39,153 nt of DNA from Thraustochytrium aureum. Its lineage: Eukaryota. Below the pieces are notes generated by a model. It saw only the letters and a program-made list of their open reading frames with translations. It was not told the origin of the DNA and ran no database searches. Below are positions 1-12,190 of the stretch, one piece after another (the first letter of the stretch is position 1; every line of letters begins with the position of its first letter). Made by a program: the position numbers and the translations under genes. The DNA lies in assembly GCA_012862495.1 (NCBI GenBank), contig BLSG01000235.1, positions 64,345 to 103,497 on the forward strand, written 5' to 3'.

Positions 1-3000
1 GGAGCGGAAGTGACTTGGGGCGGTGGCGTCGAGACCTTGTCCGCAAAAGGCACGTCTTCGACAGCAGTGTCCACCACAGGCGCAAACGGAACAGCGCAAG
101 GACTACCACTTGCCAGAGCCTCGAATTCCTTCACCATTGCTGCGAGTGTGGATCGGTGCTTGGCAATCATATCGCGCTGTCGGTCAGCGGTGGGGTCCTG
201 CACTTGCTTTCGAGCAAGCTGGGTTTTGGCCGTGTCAAGCTGGCGTTGGGCCGCCTCCAGCTCAGCGCGAAGGTTGGCTATTTCTCGCTCCATCTCTTGG
301 CTTGCTGGACCGGAGGCAAAGAGCGAAGAAAAGTCGCAGTTGTCCTCCATGACCTTCTCCCTAGCAGCAAGGGTCTTGTTCGACACGTAGGTCGCTGCAG
401 ACAAGCGCAACGTCGTCTTGGATCGCGGGCATTCGCGAAGACGCCGCGCGTCGCAGAGCTCCCAAGGGTCAAAGTTCGCCAACGGGACGCCAAGGACCGC
501 GAGCTTCGCAGCAGCTTCACGAAGTTGCACGTCGCTGTCCTTGGACGATGACGAGTTGACCGCGACTGTCACAAAGTCTGACTTGTCGGCGAGAATCTCG
601 CCTACGAGCTTGGAGAGGACTTGCTTCGGGCCAAACTCCACGAAAATGCGCGCCCCGGCAGCGTACATGTTCTCTACCTGTGCCTGGAAGAGCACAGGAC
701 TTGTCATGTGCTTGCCCAGGCAGTCGCGGAGTTCACCCAGGGATCGGCAGGTCTTTCCGGAAACGTTGTTGTACAGGCGCGCCCCGTTCGTCGGGGTGGA
801 GATCTTGAGGCTGTCCAGTGCAGCCTGAAACGTGGCCTGGGCCGCCGTCATGTGCGGTGAATGGAAGGCGCCTTCGCATGCAAGCGGAATGATCCTGAAG
901 CCAAGGCCTGCCAACCGGCTGGATTCACGCTCGACAGCAGCCTTGTCGCCGGAAATGACCACTTGGCTTGGCGAGTTGCAGTTGGCAAGCCACGCACCAT
1001 CGCCTTGCAGCGTGAGCTGTCAGCACCACGGCCGATGACAGCTGCCATGACGCCCTCGCTTGGCTTGGGAACGTCTTGCATTGCCTTCGCTCTGCTGCAG
1101 ACCAGACGGAAGAGCTCCTCACGGCTTGCGCATCCAGCGGCGAGCAAAGCACCAAACTCGCCGAGAGAATGACCCGCGACGTGGTCGGGCGCAAGACCAG
1201 CTTGACGAAACACCTCAAACGCCCCAGCAGCGCAGGCCATGAGGCCGGTTGCGAGTTAATCGTCATCGAGATGGCCTTGTTGTCTTGCTGGGGCTCTGCA
1301 GCGTACGGCTTGCGCGGATACAGGACCTCGCTGAGGCGCTTCGGCGCTGCCGCCGTGACTTGAGCGGCATCCATCTCTTGCACGGCGCTTCGAAACGGTG
1401 GCCAGTTCATGGCAACGTCAGCGAACATGTGCGTGTACTGCGCGCCTTGCCCGGCAAACAGAGCAGCGACACTGCCAGGAGTGTGCATCGCGGCGGAGCG
1501 GTACGTGACGCCCTCGCGGAGCAGGGTCCATTCGAGCGTCGCACTCGACTGCTTGAGTTTTGCAGAGGCGGCTCGGAGCACTGCAAGCGTTGCTGCCGCG
1601 CTGCCGGACACAAAGCCAATTCGAGCATGGCCGGCCGGCACTCCAGCGCGAAGCTTAAACGCTTCATGGAACGCTACGATGGCGCGGTAGTCTGCGTGCT
1701 TGCTGGCTTCGGGCGAGACGGCGGCCTGGAGCGCGTCGGCCTGAGCGTCGCAGATGGAGGCAAGAGCTGACGCGGAGCTTGCGTGCAAGAGCACCGGTTG
1801 TGGAACTTGGTTCATGCGATACGGCTTCGCGTGCTCAGGCTCGGCCTCTTCGAGAACAGCGTGGTAGTTGGCGCCGCCAAACCCAAAGCTAGAGATGCCT
1901 GCACGGCGGGGGACGCCAGGTGCCGTAAACCAGGGCCGGTTCATCGTGTTGATGTAAAGACTCGAATCCTGGATGGGCGAGCCGTCGTGCAGTGCGGGCG
2001 GGTCGTGAACGTTGATGGTCTGCGGCAGCGTCTTGTGCTTGAGGGCCATGACAACCTTGACGAGACCGGCAAAGCCGGCCACGGCCTTCAGGTGACCGAT
2101 CTGCGACTTGATGCTTCCCACCGCGACTGTTTCCTTGCGGCCTTTGTTGGCTGCGTCAAAGACGTTGCGCAAGGCGGTCAGCTCAATCCGGTCCCCGACG
2201 GGTGTGCCAGTGCCGTGGCCCTCCACCAGCGTGACGGTGGAGGGGTCCACGCCAGCTCGGGCGTACGCGCGCCGCAGTGCCTCTTCTTGACCCGACACCG
2301 TCGGTGCGTAAATGCCAGCAGCCTTGCCGTCGCTGGACGAGGCGCATGCCCTGATGACGGCATGGATCTCATCACCATCCCGAACGGCGTCCGCGTACCG
2401 CTTGAGCACGACCATGGCCGAGCCTTCGCCGATGAGCATGCCTTTCGTCTTGGCGTCGTACGCCTTGACGCTCTGGTCGGTGGAGAAAACTGGGGTTTTG
2501 GAAAAGGCCATGTACATCCCGATCGAGTTGTCGGTGCAGGTCGCACCGGCAATCATGGTGTCGCAGTCCCCGTGGAGGAGCTCATCAATGGCAACCTTGA
2601 TCGCGATGAGCGAGCTGGCGCACGCAGCGTCCACGACGCAGTTCATGCCTTCCATGTTGAAGACGTTGCTGCACCGCCCGGCGGTCACGTTGCCAAGAAA
2701 CCCAGGGAACGAGTCGAGGCGCCATTCAGGAAAGTTGGCCTTGTACTTTTCGACGGCGGCCTCGACAACCTCGTCGGGGAGGTTCATCTTGCGAAGCACC
2801 TTCTCCACGACCACATAGTTGAGTCGGGAGTAAAACTCGTGGCTCGCCTTCTGCCCGCCGCCGATGCCGAGCACGCAGCCAATGTTCTTCTTCTTCTTTG
2901 TGAAGGGCTCCACCCCGGCGTCCTCGAGAGCCTCCTTGACCTTGAGCAAAGTCACGGTTTGGTTGGCGTCCGAGTCCTCCATCTGGAACATGTTGAGGCC

Positions 3001-3237
3001 GAACTCGCGCGCGTCAAAGTCATACTCGGGAATGAAGCCGCCGCGCTTGCAGTAGATCTTGTCCTTGGTTGTCTTGTTCGGGTCGTAGTACGCCGTGATA
3101 TCGACTCGGTCCGCAGGCAGGTCCTGCAGGCAATCGAGCCCCTCGCGAATCGCCTCCCACGACTCGCGCACTGACTCACCGCAAGGCAGTATGGCCGACA
3201 TGCCCACGATCGCAACGCGATCGTCCTTTGTCTCCAT
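1..3237 (-). CDS. pfaA: PUFA synthase subunit A (OrfA/Pfa1), 5' part: KS and malonyl-CoA:ACP transacylase (MAT) domains; continues off the left edge; two apparent 1-nt deletions (~1244, ~1018)
   Basis: ATG at 3237 gives METKDDRVAIVGMS. KS motifs VDAACASS, EGHGTGT, KSQIGHLK and GISSFGFGGANYH are present. MAT motifs FAGQGAQY and GHSLGE are present, and after restoring frame ANCNSPSQVVISG, GAFHSPHM and FVEFGPKQ. The frame then stays open to base 1; ACPs and KR would lie outside the window. Confidence 0.96.
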
Positions 3238-3478
3238 CTCGTTGCTGGCCTTGTCTGCCTCGGCTCTTGGTCTCGGCGGTGCTCTCGACGCACTCCACTT
3301 GCGTTTGCAGCACGGATCCTTCGCCGTGTCTCGGGTCTGCAAATCGAGTTTGCCTGCACACGATGAAAGGTCACAGAAGAGTCCAAGTGCAACCAACCAG
3401 CCTGAGCGCGGCAAACGACGTAGGTTCGTGGCCTCGTACCTGATCGGCCGGACGATCCGCAAAGCGCGGCCCAAAACA

Positions 3479-3511
3479 CCAATGATGGCCCAATGATGGC
3501 CCAATGATGGC
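3479..3511. repeat. Three perfect tandem copies of 11-bp CCAATGATGGC
   Basis: Read directly at 3479-3489, 3490-3500 and 3501-3511; each copy contains CCAAT. Confidence 0.9.
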
Positions 3512-4349
3512 CGGATGCACTTGCGTCACTTTCCTGCGCTCACATCCTGCCCCGCCCCTCTCGCAGTCCGGCTTGCTGGTGTCGCCCACTCGCCCAGCCT
3601 CCCTCCCTCCCTCGGCCCAATCAAACTGATCATGGGCCAGAATCCAATTCTTCGGCGCCCTGCAGCACAAGAACACTTGCACTTGCAGGCGGTCCGTGCT
3701 CAGCTCATCGCTTGCTCAGCGAGGAGGCGGACAAGGCGTGGCGAGCACGAGCAAGCGCCTCGAGAGGGACCAGCCAAGACGCCATCCGCGCACGCAATGG
3801 GGCGCTGCCGGGCGCGCTTCGAGTGCGCGGAGGGGGGACAGGCGGCCGGCCGCTCGTCCTTCGGACGGCTCCTGCTGCTGGCAGCGCGAGCAGGGCGAAC
3901 GGCGTTCTCGATCCCATGTCCGCTCCCACACCGTGTCCGTTTTCGCGCGGCCACGGACCCCGTCCGCGAGCGAGCTGCGCGGCGGGGTGGCGCGACCGCA
4001 CTGCGGATCCGGCCCGCTCTGCGTCTCTGCACTACGTAGTGCGCTGCTGCGCCCTGAGGATTCCTGTCCGTGGCGGGCTGCCTGGCCTCCTGCGACCTGG
4101 TGCCAGTGAGGGCCGCCACTCGCCGCTCGCCGGCCTCCTTCCTCCCCTCCAGGGGCCCTCAGCCGCGACGCAAGTGGGCTGCGCGCCGCCTTGACGCAAG
4201 AGAGCCAACTCTCTCTCTGGTTGAACAGCCGCAGTGCAGCTTACGTGCTCGCTCAGGCTTGCCTAATCATCGCGAGGACTCGGAAGTACACCTGCGAGCG
4301 CGGCTTGGCTTGCAGCGGAGCAGGCCAGCGTTTCGCACCAGGGCCTGGC

Positions 4350-4446
4350 CCTTCCTTCCTTCCTTCCTTCCTGCCTGCCTGGTTTGCGACGACGCCCGAC
4401 GCCGCGCACGAGGGCGGCCGTCGTCAGTCAGTCAGTCAGTCAGTCA
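4350..4446. repeat. Microsatellites (CCTT/CCTG)n at ~4350-4380 and (GTCA)n at ~4423-4446
   Basis: ccttccttccttccttccttcctgcctgcct and gtcagtcagtcagtcagtcagtca are read directly. Confidence 0.85.
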
Positions 4447-5075
4447 TCGTCCGACGGAGGCGTGCGATCTTGGCCCGCCGTTCGTGTGGCGGGAGGGATC
4501 GGCGGCCATGTGTGGGGCGTGGCAGGGGCGGAGTGGGCGACGTGACTCGCCGTTGGGTCGCCAACCCAGGAACGAGCGCCCGCATGCATCTCTCAGCGCG
4601 AAGGATCTCAGGCCGTGATCATTATTGGGCTCAATCAAGAGATCAGTCAACAGCGAGAACTCACACGGTCGGTCTGCCCGACTCGGAGGTTGGCTGGATT
4701 TGTTTGCCACACATGCACATGGCACACGCAATGCCACGCCGCAATGCTACCGGCTCTGCCAGCCTCTGCGAATTGATCTCGAGGTGCGGTGGCCGACGGC
4801 GACGTCTCTGCCAGCGTCGGCGGCGGGTCACAATAGCCGAGAGGCAGTTCGCGCGAACGCGGAAAACGTCGTCCTGCGCCGCTGCTCCGCAAGCGCTGCA
4901 GCTGCCGCAAAACAACATCCCAGTGCCTCCACGAACCCTGCGGCGAACCTCGGCTTGCCCAGAACCTCGAGCAGCGGTTGTCTGCACGCCGCCTTAGCAA
5001 GCAATCGGCCATCGAGCTGCGCGTTGGAGCTGCCGATCGAAATCGAAAGCAAGAGGCCACAAGGCTCAGAAAGAG

Positions 5076-8000
5076 ATGAACCAGGGCGGGAGAAATGACG
5101 AGGGCGTCTCGGTGGCGCGCGCGGACCCATGCCCTGACACGCGGATCGCTGTCGTGGGCATGGCGGTCGAGTATGCAGGGTGCCGCGGCAAGGAAGCGTT
5201 CTGGGACACGCTCATGAACGGCAAAATCAACTCTGCCTGTATCTCAGACGATCGCCTCGGGTCAGCACGACGAGAAGAGCACTATGCGCCCGAGAGGTCA
5301 AAGTACGCCGATACGTTCTGCAACGAGAGGTACGGATGCATCGATCCCAAAGTCGACAACGAGCACGACCTGCTCCTCGGCCTCGCCGCGGCTGCGCTTC
5401 AAGACGCGCAGGACAGGCGCAGCGACGGCGGCAAGTTCGACCCAGCGCAGCTCAAGCGCTGCGGCATTGTCAGCGGCTGCCTGTCCTTCCCGATGGACAA
5501 CCTGCAAGGCGAGCTGCTCAACCTTTACCAAGCCCATGCTGAGAGGCGGATTGGCAAGCATTGCTTCGCGGACCAAACGCCCTGGTCGACGCGAACCAGA
5601 GCGCTTCACCCGCTGCCCGGGGACCCCGAGGACCCACCGCGACCCAGCCTCCTTCGTCGCCGGAGAGCTCGGCCTCGGCCCGCTGCACTACTCGCTCGAC
5701 GCCGCCTGCGCCTCGGCCCTTTACGTTCTGCGACTCGCTCAGGACCACCTCCTCTCGGGCGAGGCTGACTTGATGCTGTGCGGAGCGACGTGCTTCCCAG
5801 AGCCCTTCTTCATCCTGACTGGGTTTAGCACGTTCCACGCGATGCCAGTCGGTGAGAACGGTGTCTCGATGCCGTTTCATCGGGACACGCAAGGGCTGAC
5901 GCCCGGCGAGGGCGGCTCGGTGATGGTGCTCAAGCGCCTCGCGGACGCCGAGCGCGACGGAGACCACATCTACGGGACGCTTCTTGGAGCCAGCTTGAGC
6001 AACGCAGGCTGCGGGCTTCCTCTCAAGCCGCACCAGCCAAGCGAGGAGGCCTGCTTGAAAGCCACCTACGAGCTCGTCGGCGTGCCGCCCCGAGACGTCC
6101 AGTACGTCGAGTGCCACGCCACCGGCACGCCGCAGGGCGACACCGTCGAGCTCCAAGCCGTCAAAGCCTGCTTTGAGGGCGCAAGCCCCCGGATCGGGTC
6201 CACGAAAGGCAACTTCGGACACACCCTCGTCGCGGCCGGCTTTGCGGGAATGTGCAAGGTTCTCCTTGCAATGGAGCGCGGCNNNNNNNNNNNNNNNNNN
6301 NNNNNNNNNNNNNNNNNNNNNNNNNNNNNNNNNNNNNNNNNNNNNNNNNNNNNNNNNNNNNNNNNNNNNNNNNNNNNNNNNNNNNNNNNNNNNNNNNNNN
6401 NNNNNNNNNNNNNNNNNNNNNNNNNNNNNNNNNNNNNNNNNNNNNCCGGCTTTGCGGGAATGTGCAAGGTTCTCCTTGCAATGGAGCGCGGCGTGATCCC
6501 CCCGACCCCGGGCGTTGACTCTGGCACCCAGATTGATCCCCTCGTCGTCACAGCGGCGCTCCCGTGGCCGGATACGCGCGGCGGGCCGAAACGCGCAGGA
6601 CTCTCCGCATTCGGATTCGGGGGCACAAACGCGCACGCCGTCTTTGAGGAGCATATTCCCTCGAGAGCTCCGCCCGCAGTACTCTGCCAGCCTCGCCTCG
6701 GCAGCGGACCAAACCGAAAGCTTGCTATCGTCGGCATGGATGCCACGTTTGGATCCTTGAAGGGTCTCTCCGCACTAGAAGCTGCGCTTTACGAGGCAAG
6801 GCACGCTGCGCGGCCCCTGCCTGCGAAGCGCTGGCGCTTCTTGGGCGGGGACGAGTCCTTTCTCCACGAGATCGGACTCGAGTGCTCTCCGCACGGGTGC
6901 TACATTGAGGACGTGGATGTGGACTTCAAGCGACTCCGCACGCCAATGGTGCCGGAGGACTTGCTCCGGCCGCAACAGCTCCTGGCCGTGTCGACGATTG
7001 ACAAGGCCATCCTCGACTCGGGCTTGGCCAAGGGCGGCAACGTGGCTGTCCTTGTCGGCCTCGGGACGGACCTCGAGCTCTACCGCCACCGAGCTCGGGT
7101 TGCGCTTAAGGAGCGTCTTCAAGGACTGGTTCGCTCTGCCGAGGGAGGAGCCCTGACGTCTCGCCTGATGAACTATATCAATGATAGCGGAACGTCGACC
7201 TCCTACACGTCGTATATCGGCAACCTCGTCGCCACGCGCGTCTCGTCCCAGTGGGGCTTCACTGGGCCGTCGTTCACCGTCACGGAAGGGGCCAACTCGG
7301 TCCATCGGTGCGCCCAGCTCGCCAAGTACATGCTCGACCGCGGCGAGGTCGACGCCGTCGTGGTTGCAGGAGTCGACCTGTGCGGGAGCGCCGAGGCGTT
7401 CTTCGTGAGGTCGCGCCGCATGCAGATCTCGAAAAGTCAGCGCCCGGCCGCGCCGTTTGACCGCGCCGCAGACGGCTTCTTCGCGGGGGAAGGGTGCGGC
7501 GCCCTCGTCTTCAAACGCCTGACTGACTGTGTGTCTGGCGAGCGAATCTACGCGTCCCTCGACTCGGTCGTCGTCGCAACCACGCCGCGCGCCGCTCTTC
7601 GTGCTGCCGCAGGGTCGGCGCGGGTTGACCCAGCCAGCATCGACATGGTCGAGCTGAGCGCAGATTCCCACCGGTTTGTGCGGGCGCCAGGCACCGTGGC
7701 TCAGCCTCTGACAGCCGAAGTCGAGGTCGGGGCGGTGCGGGAAGTGATCGGGACCGCGGGGAGGGGCTCTCGAAGCGTGGCCGTCGGATCGGTCCGCGCC
7801 AACGTTGGGGACGCAGGGTTTGCTTCCGGGGCCGCGCCCTCGTAAAAACTGCGCTCTGCTTGCACAACCGCTACTTGGCGGCTACCCCAGGCTGGGATGC
7901 GCCTGCTGCCGGCGTGGATTTTGGTGCCGAGCTGTACGTTTGCCGCGAGTCGCGTGCTTGGGTCAAGAACGCCGGCGTTGCACGGCACGCCGCAATTTCT

Positions 8001-11000
8001 GGCGTGGACGAAGGCGGGTCGTGCTATGGGCTGGTTCTTTCGGACGTGCCTGGGCAGTACGAGACCGGCAACCGCATCTCCCTCCAGGCCGAGTCGCCCA
8101 AGCTCTTGCTCCTCTCGGCTCCAGACCACGCCGCCTTGCTGGACAAGGTGGCGGCCGAGCTCGCAGCCCTTGAGCAAGCCGACGGCTTGAGCGCCGCCGC
8201 GGCTGCCGTAGACCGCTTACTCGGCGAGTCGCTCGTCGGTTGCGCGGCTGGCAGCGGCGGGCTGACCCTTTGCTTGGTGGCTTCGCCTGCCAGCCTCCAC
8301 AAGGAGCTTGCGCTGGCCCATCGAGGGATCCCGCGCTGCATCAAAGCACGGCGCGACTGGGCCAGCCCGGCAGGGAGCTACTTCGCCCCGGAGCCGATCG
8401 CAAGCGACCGCGTCGCGTTCATGTACGGGGAAGGACGAAGCCCGTACTGCGGCGTCGGCCGCGACCTCCACCGGATCTGGCCCGCGCTGCATGAGCGGGT
8501 GAACGCCAAGACTGTCAACCTCTGGGGTGACGGTGACGCCTGGCTGCTGCCACGTGCAACCTCGGCCGAGGAAGAGGAGCAACTCTGCCGCAACTTCGAC
8601 TCGAACCAGGTTGAGATGTTTCGAACGGGCGTGTACATCTCGATGTGCTTGACCGACCTCGCTCGAAGCTTGATTGGACTGGGCCCTAAGGCGAGCTTTG
8701 GGCTCAGCCTAGGCGAGGTTTCCATGCTCTTCGCTCTGAGCGAGTCCAACTGTAGACTGTCGGAGGAAATGACCCGCAGGCTCCGTGCGTCCCCGGTGTG
8801 GAACTCGGAGCTCGCCGTCGAGTTCAACGCCCTTCGAAAGTTGTGGGGGGTCGCGCCGGGGGCACCCGTCGACTCGTTCTGGCAAGGTTATGTCGTGCGC
8901 GCAACGCGGGCTCAGGTGGAGCAAGCCATTGGGGAGGACAATCAGTTTGTGCGTCTCCTGATCGTGAACGACTCGCAATCAGTCCTGATCGCCGGCAAGC
9001 CGGCGGCGTGCGAAGCCGTAATTGCTCGCATCGGGTCTATTCTTCCCCCGCTGCAAGTGTCGCAAGGCATGGTGGGGCACTGTGCCGAGGTCTTGCCGTA
9101 CACGAGCGAGATCGGGCGCATCCACAACATGCTTCGCTTCCCATCGCAGGACGAAACGGGCGGTTGCAAAATGTACTCTAGCGTCTCAAACTCGCGCATC
9201 GGGCCAGTCGAGGAGAGCCAGATGGGCCCAGGCACTGAGCTCGTTTTCTCGCCGTCAATGGAAGACTTTGTCGCCCAGCTGTACTCGCGAGTTGCAGACT
9301 TTCCGGCGATCACCGAGGCGGTTTACCAGCAGGGTCATGACGTGTTTGTCGAAGTGGGGCCGGACCATTCACGGTCGGCTGCTGTCCGCTCCACGCTTGG
9401 ACCCACTCGGCGACACATCGCTGTGGCGATGGACCGCAAGGGTGAGTCAGCTTGGTCGCAGCTTCTGAAAATGCTGGCTACGCTTGCGTCGCACCGCGTG
9501 CCGGGCCTGGACCTTTCATCCATGTACCACCCCGCAGTGGTGGAGCGTTGCAGGCTGGCGCTGGCAGCACAACGATCGGGCCAGCCAGAGCAGCGGAACA
9601 AGTTTTTGCGCACGATAGAGGTGAATGGGTTCTACGACCCGGCCGACGCGACCATCCCTGAGGCCGTCGCAACAATTCTGCCGGCAACTGCTGCGATTTC
9701 GCCTCCAAAGCTTGGCGCTCCGCACGACTCGCAACCCGAGGCGGAGGCTCGCCCCGTGGGCGAGGCCTCTGTGCCAAGGCGGGCCACGAGCTCGAGCAAA
9801 TTGGCCAGGACGCTTGCCATCGATGCTTGCGACTCCGACGTGCGCGCCGCCTTGCTGGACCTGGACGCGCCAATCGCGGTCGGCGGCTCCTCGCGCGCCC
9901 AAGTCCCGCCGTGCCCAGTGAGCGCGCTCGGAAGCGCCGCCTTTCGAGCGGCACACGGCGTCGATTATGCGCTCTACATGGGCGCAATGGCCAAAGGCGT
10001 CGCGTCAGCGGAGATGGTCATCGCTGCTGGCAAGGCCCGCATGCTCGCGTCATTTGGCGCGGGGGGGCTTCCCCTGGGCGAGGTCGAAGAGGCGTTGGAC
10101 AAGATCCAGGCCGCTCTGCCCGAGGGGCCGTTCGCCGTCAACCTCATTCACTCGCCGTTCGATCCAAACCTTGAGGAGGGCAACGTCGAGCTGTTCCTGA
10201 GGCGCGGTATCCGGCTGGTCGAGGCCTCTGCGTTCATGTCGGTCACGCCGTCGTTGGTGCGCTACCGAGTCGCCGGACTCGAGCGAGGCCCTGGCGGGAC
10301 CGCCCGAGTGCTGAACCGCGTGATTGGCAAGGTGAGCCGTGCGGAGCTCGCAGAAATGTTTATGCGGCCGCCTCCCGCCGCGATCGTCTCCAAGCTCCTC
10401 GCCCAGGGCCTGGTCACTGAGGAGCAGGCGTCACTTGCAGAGATCGTCCCACTGGTTGACGACGTTGCAATCGAAGCCGACTCGGGCGGTCACACAGACA
10501 ACCGCCCGATCCACGTCGTTTTGCCCGTCGTCCTCGCGCTGCGAGACCGCGTCATGCGTGAGTGCAAGTATCCAGCCGCCAATCGCGTCCGCGTGGGCGC
10601 CGGAGGCGGGATCGGCTGCCCTGCCGCGGCGCGAGCTGCGTTCGACATGGGCGCAGCATTCGTTCTCACGGGCTCGATCAACCAGCTCACGCGCCAGGCT
10701 GGGACGAGCGACAGCGTGCGTGCTGCCCTTGCACGCGCGACCTACTCGGACGTGACAATGGCCCCGGCGGCCGATATGTTTGACCAGGGCGTCAAGCTGC
10801 AGGTCTTGAAGCGCGGCACGATGTTCCCGGCGCGCGCAAACAAGCTGTACGAGTTGTTCACCACTTACCAGTCGCTGGACGCGATCCCTCGGGCTGAGCT
10901 GGCTCGCCTGGAAAAGCGAGTTTTCCGCATGTCCATCGACGAGGTTTGGAACGAAACCAAGCAGTTCTACGAGACCCGGCTCAACAACCCCGCCAAGGTT

Positions 11001-11330
11001 GCCCGGGCGGAGCGCGACCCCAAGCTCAAGATGTCGCTCTGCTTTCGGTGGTACTTGTCGAAAAGCTCCAAGTGGGCATCGACTGGACAAGTTGGGCGCG
11101 AGCTGGACTACCAGGTCTGGTGCGGCCCCACGATTGGCGCTTTCAACGAGTTCGTGAAGGGGTCCAGCCTCGACGCGGAGGCTTGCGGGGGGCGGTTTCC
11201 TTGCGTTGTGCGCGTTAACCAGGAGATATTATGTGGCGCTGCTTACGAGCAGCGACTGGCGCGTTTCATGCTGCTCGCTGGCCGGGAAAGCGCGGACGCG
11301 TTGGCGTACACGGTTGCGGAAGCGAGATAG
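5076..11330 (+). CDS. pfaB: PUFA synthase subunit B (OrfB/Pfa2): KS - chain length factor - AT - enoyl reductase; broken by an extra C (~5624-5627), an overlapping gap (6283-6445) and a missing base (~7835)
   Basis: The KS has RIAVVGMA, LDAACASAL, ECHATGT, KGNFGHT and SAFGFGGTNAH. The second KS-like domain lacks the catalytic Cys (FTVTEGANS), i.e. a CLF. The AT has MYGEGRSPY and GLSLG. The PfaD/FabK-type ER has LYMGAMAKG, EADSGGHTDNR, APAADMF and DYQVWCGP. It is joined from ORFs 5076-5768, 5284-7845 and 7860-11330. Confidence 0.96.
6236..6492. other. Assembly gap flanked by an identical 47-bp sequence (negative-size gap)
   Basis: 6236-6282 is identical to 6446-6492 (GFAGMCKVLLAMERG on both sides). 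Collapsing the copies gives a contiguous KS sequence. Confidence 0.9.
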
Positions 11331-11505
11331 GCAGGCAAGGTAGGTACTGTTGCCCCGAATGGTAAAAACAAAGTTGAAAGCCCTCCAGCGCGTTGTATTT
11401 CGTTGCGAGAATGAGTTGCTGCATCTCGGGCGCACAATGGGCTTGACAGTGCCTCGAAAGTCGCGGAGGAACAAGGTGTAAACCAAGGTACTATTCAGCT
11501 AGTAG

Positions 11506-12190
11506 CTAGCTCGAAGTAGACCCCTCGCGCCGCCAGAGCGTGTCACCACCGCAGTTGCCAGCATACGCAACCAGGCACTGTGAAAGCGGCACGTCCACTC
11601 CCTCGCTGACGGCCTCTGCGTCCTGCGCAGGGAACGAGGCGACTACCGCGCCGTCCGGTCTGGCTACGAGTTGCAGGCTTGAGCTTCCCAACCAGGTCGG
11701 GTCGAGCAGGACGACAACGCGGTTGGGGCTAGGGGCCCCCTTTTGTGCCGCTACCAAGTCGACTTGGGTGAGTTTCAGCACTGGCTTTCCTGTCCTGATG
11801 GCGCCGCAGGACAGTGCTTCGGTCCACTGCTTGGTGGAGAGCTGCATCGCGAGGCCGCGGTCCGCGGTTTGAACGAAAGGGGTGCAGAGAGCTGCGGGGT
11901 CGACTTGTTCCATGGTGTGCCCAAAGTTGGCCCGAATCCGTAGCCCTGAACCAGCGCTTGTCTCCGCATCCTCTGACAGGGCGAGAACCCCGTGCGATGC
12001 CTCAACCACGCGGCGAAGGCCTTGCACGTCTAGATCCGCAAGGTCCGGAACAGCCGCTCGGAGCGGCTCCCAGTCGACGAACCCGTCCCGCGCCACTGAC
12101 AAGCCCATGCTGGCCGCGTCGTGCTTCAGGACTTTAACGAGCACCCTGGTGAGCTTTGCCGCGGCCTTCTTCCCCACTGCGCCACGACCC
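11506..12190 (-). CDS. Second, degenerate Tpt1/KptA-like domain, probably the C-terminal half of the TPT1 gene across a frameshift in the Ala/Gln-rich linker
   Basis: LTRVLVKVLKHD, GLSVARDGFV, LRRVV and IRANFGHT align with LSRALSRLLRHS, GVAIRPDGFV, FHRVV and IRANQGHS of the upstream copy. There is no in-frame ATG ahead of the first helix. Confidence 0.7.

Larger units (their letters stand above)
3238..5075. promoter_or_regulatory. Divergent intergenic region between pfaA and pfaB, probable bidirectional promoter and 5' UTRs
   Basis: It lies between two oppositely oriented start codons and has no ORF with recognisable homology. It contains CCAAT-bearing repeats and short microsatellites. Confidence 0.6.

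Noticed and set aside
1783..3174. Long antisense ORFs (also 19827-21665, 24228-25412, 29352-30578)
   Set aside because: These are shadows of GC3-rich real genes on the opposite strand and have no recognisable motifs.
3238..3504. 89-aa N-terminal extension of PfaA in the ORF track
   Set aside because: Family similarity starts at METKDDR (3237), and the upstream ATG falls in the 11-bp tandem repeat.
6236..6492. Internal duplication or insertion in the PfaB KS domain
   Set aside because: Identical 47-bp ends flank an N-gap, i.e. unmerged overlapping contigs.
1..11330. PUFA synthase genes as pseudogenes or split genes
   Set aside because: All catalytic motifs are intact and single-base fixes restore continuous frames. 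The same indel type hits enolase and PRMT1, which points to sequencing error.
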